A stretch of 63,879 nucleotides of DNA, counting the filler, from Octopus bimaculoides (Eukaryota), in NCBI RefSeq assembly GCF_001194135.2. It is 5 parts of 5 records of this genome, joined end to end, with 100 filler letters (N's around TTAATTAATTAA, not from the genome) between each part and the next. Parts side by side here need not be neighbours in the genome. Positions count along the whole stretch, not along the records: positions 48,971 to 61,751 come from NC_068992.1; positions 61,852 to 63,879 come from NW_026367252.1; 3 more parts are not named here. The stretch is one strand, 5' to 3'. Made by a program: the position numbers and the translations under genes. The notes below the pieces were generated by a model, which saw only the letters and a list, made by a program, of their open reading frames with translations, was not told the DNA's origin and did not search any database. Below, in pieces: positions 61,517-63,879 of the stretch; the first letter of the stretch is position 1; each line of letters opens with the position of its first letter.

Positions 61517-62100
61517 CTTTACTATTTTACTTGTTTCAGTCATTTGACTGCAGCCATGCTGAAGCACCGCCTTTAGTCGAGCAAATCGATCCCAGGACTT
61601 ATTCTTTGTAAGCCTAGTACTTATTCTATCGGTCTCTTTTGCCGAACTGCTAAGTTACGGGGATGTAAACACACCAGCATCAGTTGTCAAGCGATGTTGG
61701 AGGGGACAAACACAGACACACAAACACACACACATATACATACATATATATNNNNNNNNNNNNNNNNNNNNNNNNNNNNNNNNNNNNNNNNNNNNTTAAT
61801 TAATTAANNNNNNNNNNNNNNNNNNNNNNNNNNNNNNNNNNNNNNNNNNNNCGACTACAAACATTGCAGACCAAGCTTTCCCCATTCACTATGCTACCAG
61901 TGCTCGTTTGAGCAACACGCTTAAATTCTTCATGAAGAATACGTTTCTTTCAAAGGTGTCGACCCCCTTCTTAACCTTAACAAGGCTTCGGTCGGCCCGA
62001 GGCTATAGCAGAAGACACTGGGCCAAGGAGCCACGCAATGGGACTGAACCAAGAACTATGTGGTTGCGGAGCAAACTTTCTTACCACACAGCCACGCCTG
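61517..62100 (-). mobile_element. Family-B SINE tail (61517-61750) and head (61977-62100) separated by a scaffold join
   Basis: Well-conserved tail and head motifs. The two halves may belong to different copies because a linker gap lies between them. Confidence 0.8.
61796..61807. other. Artificial scaffolding linker TTAATTAATTAA
   Basis: N44-TTAATTAATTAA-N44 (61752-61851). Confidence 0.95.
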
Positions 62101-62203
62101 CGTATGTATGTATGTATGTATGTATATATGTATATATATATATGTATATATATGTATATATATGTATATATATGTATATATAAAGATAGATAGATAGATA
62201 GAT

Positions 62204-62255
<52 letters not shown>

Positions 62256-63214
62256 GAGTGAGAGAGAGAGAAATAGATAGATTGATTGATTGAGAGAGAG
62301 TGAGAGAGATCAATAGATAGATAGACAGACATAAAGACAAACAGACATAGACGGGACCTTGATGACTGCTATTAAGCAGGAAAGTATACTAGTCCTTATA
62401 TATATTTAATACTCAATATTTCATATATTCAATAAGACATTCAATACTTCATTTCATTTTACTATTTATATTATATATTCCATATTCTATATCCCACATT
62501 AATTTTATAAGAATATAAATAAAACATAAAAAAACAGACAGAGTTGGAACTCTTTNNNNNNNNNNNNNNNNNNNNNNNNNNNNNNNNNNNNNNNNNNNNN
62601 NNNNNNNNNNNNNNNNNNNNNNNNNNNNNNNNNNNNNNNNNNNNNNNNNNNNNNNNNNNNNNNNNNNNNNNNNNNNNNNNNNNNNNNNNNNNNNNNNNNN
62701 NNNNNNNNNNNNNNNNNNNNNNNNNNNNNNNNNNNNNNNNNNNNNNNNNNNNNNNNNNNNNNNNNNNNNNNNNNNNNNNNNNNNNNNNNNNNNNNNNNNN
62801 NNNNNNNNNNNNNNNNNNNNNNNNNNNNNNNNNNNNNNNNNNNNNNNNNNNNNNNNNNNNNNNNNNNNNNNNNNNNNNNNNNNNNNNNNNNNNNNNNNNN
62901 NNNNNNNNNNNNNNNNNNNNNNNNNNNNNNNNNNNNNNNNNNNNNNNNNNNNNNNNNNNNNNNNNNNNNNNNNNNNNNNNNNNNNNNNNNNNNNNNNNNN
63001 NNNNNNNNNNNNNNNNNNNNNNNNNNNNNNNNNNNNNNNNNNNNNNNNNNNNNNNNNNNNNATCATCAAAGAATGTATATATGCATTTTAATACTCAGAC
63101 TGTTTTTTAACATTTTTTATTATTCTCAAAGACTTTTGATAATCTTTTTCTAAAAAAGTGAAACTGGTTAAGTAAATAAATATTTTTTAAAAATAAGTGC
63201 ATTTTCAAACTTTC

Positions 63215-63257
<43 letters not shown>

Positions 63258-63258
63258 T

Positions 63259-63297
<39 letters not shown>

Positions 63298-63846
63298 CAG
63301 AGAAAGAAACAGACCGACAGACAGACAGACATAGATACTGATTTCGAATATACACAGAACTGCACACACAGAAAATTACATTAAATAACACATAATATGC
63401 CAAGACATATCTACGCAACAATATATACGTACAGAGCAACAAATAGACATACAGGTTATATATTTTTGTAATATATACCCTGCGTGTACAATAGGAAAAT
63501 ATTTTACAAGTGTATACTATTACAAACCATGCGTCAAGTCTATATAATATTATGATGTATATGTCGAGTGCATACAATACTGGAATATATATCAAGTGTA
63601 TAGAATTCGAATATATATATCAAGTGTTTACGACGTTTACATAGAATATCAAGTGGGTACAGTTCCCAAATGCATATCAGGTACGTAAATAGAATACGTG
63701 CGTTTGTTTCAATGTATGCGTGTGTGTGTGTGTGTGTGTGTGTGTATTTTGTTGGTGGTGGTGGCTATGAGTGGGTTGCGCGTATATGTGTGTATGTGCG
63801 CTAGCGTGAGTGTATGCATGTATATATATTATATATACATATATAC

Positions 63847-63877
<31 letters not shown>

Positions 63878-63879
63878 TA

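Overview
Eukaryotic, very repeat-rich non-coding DNA. The tRNA-headed SINE families, the density of (TA)/(CA)/(ATC)/(AAT) microsatellites and the transposon mix point to an octopus (coleoid cephalopod) draft assembly; that assignment is inference, not a database result. About 11 kb (~17%) is N. Four 100-bp gaps contain an artificial TTAATTAATTAA linker, so adjacency across them is not guaranteed. No host gene can be confidently called: most long ORFs in the track are microsatellite or N-run artefacts. Recognisable coding remnants are all transposon-derived: a Tc1/mariner (maT-like) transposase, R4/Dong-clade LINEs stacked in (AAT)n, several Penelope-like elements (RT and GIY-YIG), a Helitron helicase 3' end, and one open 239-aa LINE ORF1. 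About 20 SINE copies, two TA-flanked MITEs and several long inverted repeats are also present. Best leads: (1) a three-copy repeat carrying a minimal type I hammerhead-like fold with an atypical CUGU(U/G)GA core; (2) a LINE 5'UTR+ORF1 that stops just before the expected zinc knuckle and ends in a SINE-type 3' tail; (3) tandem R4/Dong elements in (AAT)n sharing a 15-nt terminal motif; (4) weaker candidates for an HDV-like ribozyme and a decayed intronless NTPDase. I do not see evidence for a wholly new multi-gene system.
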